From positions 62,001 through 126,000 of IMG/VR virus record IMGVR_UViG_3300024259_002152: a DNA stretch of 64,000 bases; one strand, given 5' to 3'. This document shows positions 62,314 to 64,000 of the stretch, one piece after another; within the stretch, counting starts at the first letter, position 1, and each line of letters begins with the position of its first letter. The notes under the pieces were generated by a model. It saw only the letters and a list, made by a program, of their open reading frames with translations. It made no database searches and was not told the origin of the DNA. Position numbers and translations under genes: made by a program.

Positions 62314-62976
62314 ATGTCAGAATTTGAAAATGTTTTTAAGCGTAAAGAGCTGCACGATATGTTTGCAGCGGGAGAAATTCGTCCCCTGGACGATTTATAC
62401 CTATTAGAAGATGTAGCTTTAACTATCAAAGAGCTTGAGAAGCAAAAAGATTTTTATAAAGATTATAAGAAGAAAAAATCTCAAGATGTTAGTGATGCTG
62501 TTAAAGTTATTGAGAATAAGGTTGCCTTTTATAAATCTATTATGGTATCTACTCTTGAAAGTAATAATGAGAAAAGTGTTAAATTTCCTGGATCTTGTGC
62601 TGTTTCTTCGAGAAATCAGAAAGCTAAATGGGTTGTTAATGATGAAGAAGAATTTATAGCTGTTTTGAAAGAAGCTCAAAAAGCAGGAGAAGATGTTGAT
62701 GACGTTCTTGAGGAAGTTGTTCAATATAATATTAGAAAAAGAGAAGCTAGTAAGCTGATTGCGATATGGGAGCAAAGTGGCAAATTAGAAGATTTTCTAA
62801 AAAAGGCCAAAAAGAGTAATGATGATATTATAGTGAAAGAGTCTGAGAAAAAAACAGTTTCCATTAAATTTTTGGAAGTAGTAGATGAAGGTATGGACGA
62901 TAGTGCAGAGGATGTTGATATTCCTGTAAAAGAAGGGGCATCTTCTGATAACATGGGAGACTATGATAGTCTTTGA
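62314..62976 (+). CDS. Mu Gam/Gp157-like DNA end-binding protein (putative)
   Basis: N-terminal coiled coil, then KSVKFPGSCAVSSRNQKAKWVVNDEEEFI. Confidence 0.55.
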   Translation: MSEFENVFKRKELHDMFAAGEIRPLDDLYLLEDVALTIKELEKQKDFYKDYKKKKSQDVSDAVKVIENKVAFYKSIMVSTLESNNEKSVKFPGSCAVSSRNQKAKWVVNDEEEFIAVLKEAQKAGEDVDDVLEEVVQYNIRKREASKLIAIWEQSGKLEDFLKKAKKSNDDIIVKESEKKTVSIKFLEVVDEGMDDSAEDVDIPVKEGASSDNMGDYDSL

Positions 62977-62981
62977 TAATT

Positions 62982-63743
62982 ATGAAAGATTTTGAATTTT
63001 ATAAACTGATTCGTCTTTCCGGTAATAACGAGAAGATAGTAAAATCATTCCCTGAATTACACAATCTTTATCATAAGATTCCTGATACGAAGGGGTGTAT
63101 GGAAAATATAAACGCCGAAGGAGGAAGCTGTAATGCTTGGTGTTGTAAGATCCAAACACCCCAACTTTTATATTCAGAGTTTCTTTTGCTCTGGCATTTT
63201 ATATCTAAGAATTGGACTGATGAGCATATATGTGATTTATTTGAGAAATGTATGCTCAATGCTGTTAATCCTGTTCCTTCAAAAGGTTGTGTGTTTTTTG
63301 ATGAAGACACATGTATGTGTAGGATTCATAAAGTAAGACCTTATAATTGTCGAATTTATGGGATTACTTCTAATGAAGAATTTGAGCCAAGATATCAACG
63401 TTTAAAAGAAGAATATAAAACTATTATAGGAGCGGTTGTTAAGCCACAATGCCTTTTGGTATCTACTGTCAATGGTAGTGATATAACTAAAGATAATACT
63501 GATAAATGGTGGGAAAAACTTGCTCAAATAGAAAAATCCATTGGTATTCCTAAAGAGATGATCACAGATTCTATTGGGGGTAGTTATCGAACTCCTCATG
63601 ATCATGTTCTGCTTTATAATATGCCTGAGAATGTTCTTAATGCTTTGGCAGGTATAAAAAAGTATGATGATGAATTTGATAAGAAAAAAATGATTATAGA
63701 ATTAGTGAGGGTAATTAAAGATGTCTTCAGTAGTAAAGGCTAA
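62982..63743 (+). CDS. YkgJ-family cysteine-cluster (putative Fe-S) protein (track start 62973)
   Basis: GC...SCNAWCC...GCVFFDEDTCMCRIHKVRPYNCRIYG. Confidence 0.8.
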   Translation: MKDFEFYKLIRLSGNNEKIVKSFPELHNLYHKIPDTKGCMENINAEGGSCNAWCCKIQTPQLLYSEFLLLWHFISKNWTDEHICDLFEKCMLNAVNPVPSKGCVFFDEDTCMCRIHKVRPYNCRIYGITSNEEFEPRYQRLKEEYKTIIGAVVKPQCLLVSTVNGSDITKDNTDKWWEKLAQIEKSIGIPKEMITDSIGGSYRTPHDHVLLYNMPENVLNALAGIKKYDDEFDKKKMIIELVRVIKDVFSSKG

Positions 63744-64000
63744 AATATTAAATATAACATATGATAGAGAGAATAATCTTTTTCAATTATCATTGAGAGA
63801 TGTAAAAGAACATAAACATATCAATATAGCAGTTAAAGGGACAGATTGGGGAGTGACCCAAGACATCCCAGATGAGATTATAGAAGAATTTTGTAAGAAT
63901 ATGATAGGGCAAGAAAAGAATCTTCATGTAGAAACAGAACAAGCTTCTTTAAGAGACGCGGAAAAAGATGATAAGGGGATAGTCTCTCAGGAGGAAATCA
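63721..64000 (+). CDS. Hypothetical protein, 5' part (MSSVVKAKILNITYDRENN...), truncated by window end
   Basis: Open frame from ATG 63721 to the end of the window. Confidence 0.65.
   Translation, partial: MSSVVKAKILNITYDRENNLFQLSLRDVKEHKHINIAVKGTDWGVTQDIPDEIIEEFCKNMIGQEKNLHVETEQASLRDAEKDDKGIVSQEEI

Noticed and set aside
151-63605. The many minus-strand ORFs and short plus-strand alternate-frame ORFs in the track (e.g. 47295..47837, 51493..51978, 21991..22272, 48172..48471)
   Set aside because: Almost all lie within or across longer plus-strand genes with recognisable motifs and tight coupling; they read as low-complexity shadow frames of AT-rich DNA.
1-64000. Alternative genetic code (stop-codon reassignment)
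   Set aside because: Very long ORFs are intact under the standard code, and TAA, TAG and TGA all terminate genes at motif-defined ends such as the tag.
1-64000. tRNA, rRNA or tmRNA genes and rho-independent terminators
   Set aside because: Intergenic gaps are short and AT-rich; I found no cloverleaf or GC-rich hairpin plus U-tract that I could support by eye.

Overview
AT-rich, gene-dense, entirely plus-strand 64 kb segment that looks like part of a large (jumbo-type) bacteriophage genome rather than a cell chromosome. The evidence is a gp32-like SSB, UvsW-like helicase, RecA/UvsX, Cas4-like nuclease and split primase, plus orphan infC and prs without their usual bacterial operon neighbours. 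Left (1-30427): nine large adhesin/structural genes (LamG, FN3, Ig-like, BNR and FG-GAP propellers, Kelch, VWA). Middle (30.5-46 kb): three glycosyltransferases, SF2 helicase, IF3, Ycf46-like AAA+, loader-DnaB-primase Zn domain, PRPP synthetase. Right (46-64 kb): an array of small accessory ORFs, a DnaE split into two genes, and a recombination/replication cluster. Main candidate new system: 17 copies of a C-terminal peptide tag, consensus I-x-x-R-F-E-I-L-D-[L/I]-stop, on otherwise unrelated small proteins. It shows synonymous codon variation and is present, absent, frameshifted or read-through in different genes. Other highlights: an intein-free split DnaE with tagged genes between its halves and a degenerate duplicated palm segment; a VWA/MIDAS domain apparently split between two genes; a split primase; and an 8-copy promoter motif TT[G/A][A/C]AAAGTGA, four copies of which have an ATG exactly at the predicted +1 (leaderless mRNAs) in a genome that encodes its own IF3. 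All product calls come from motif recognition by eye; no database searches were run.
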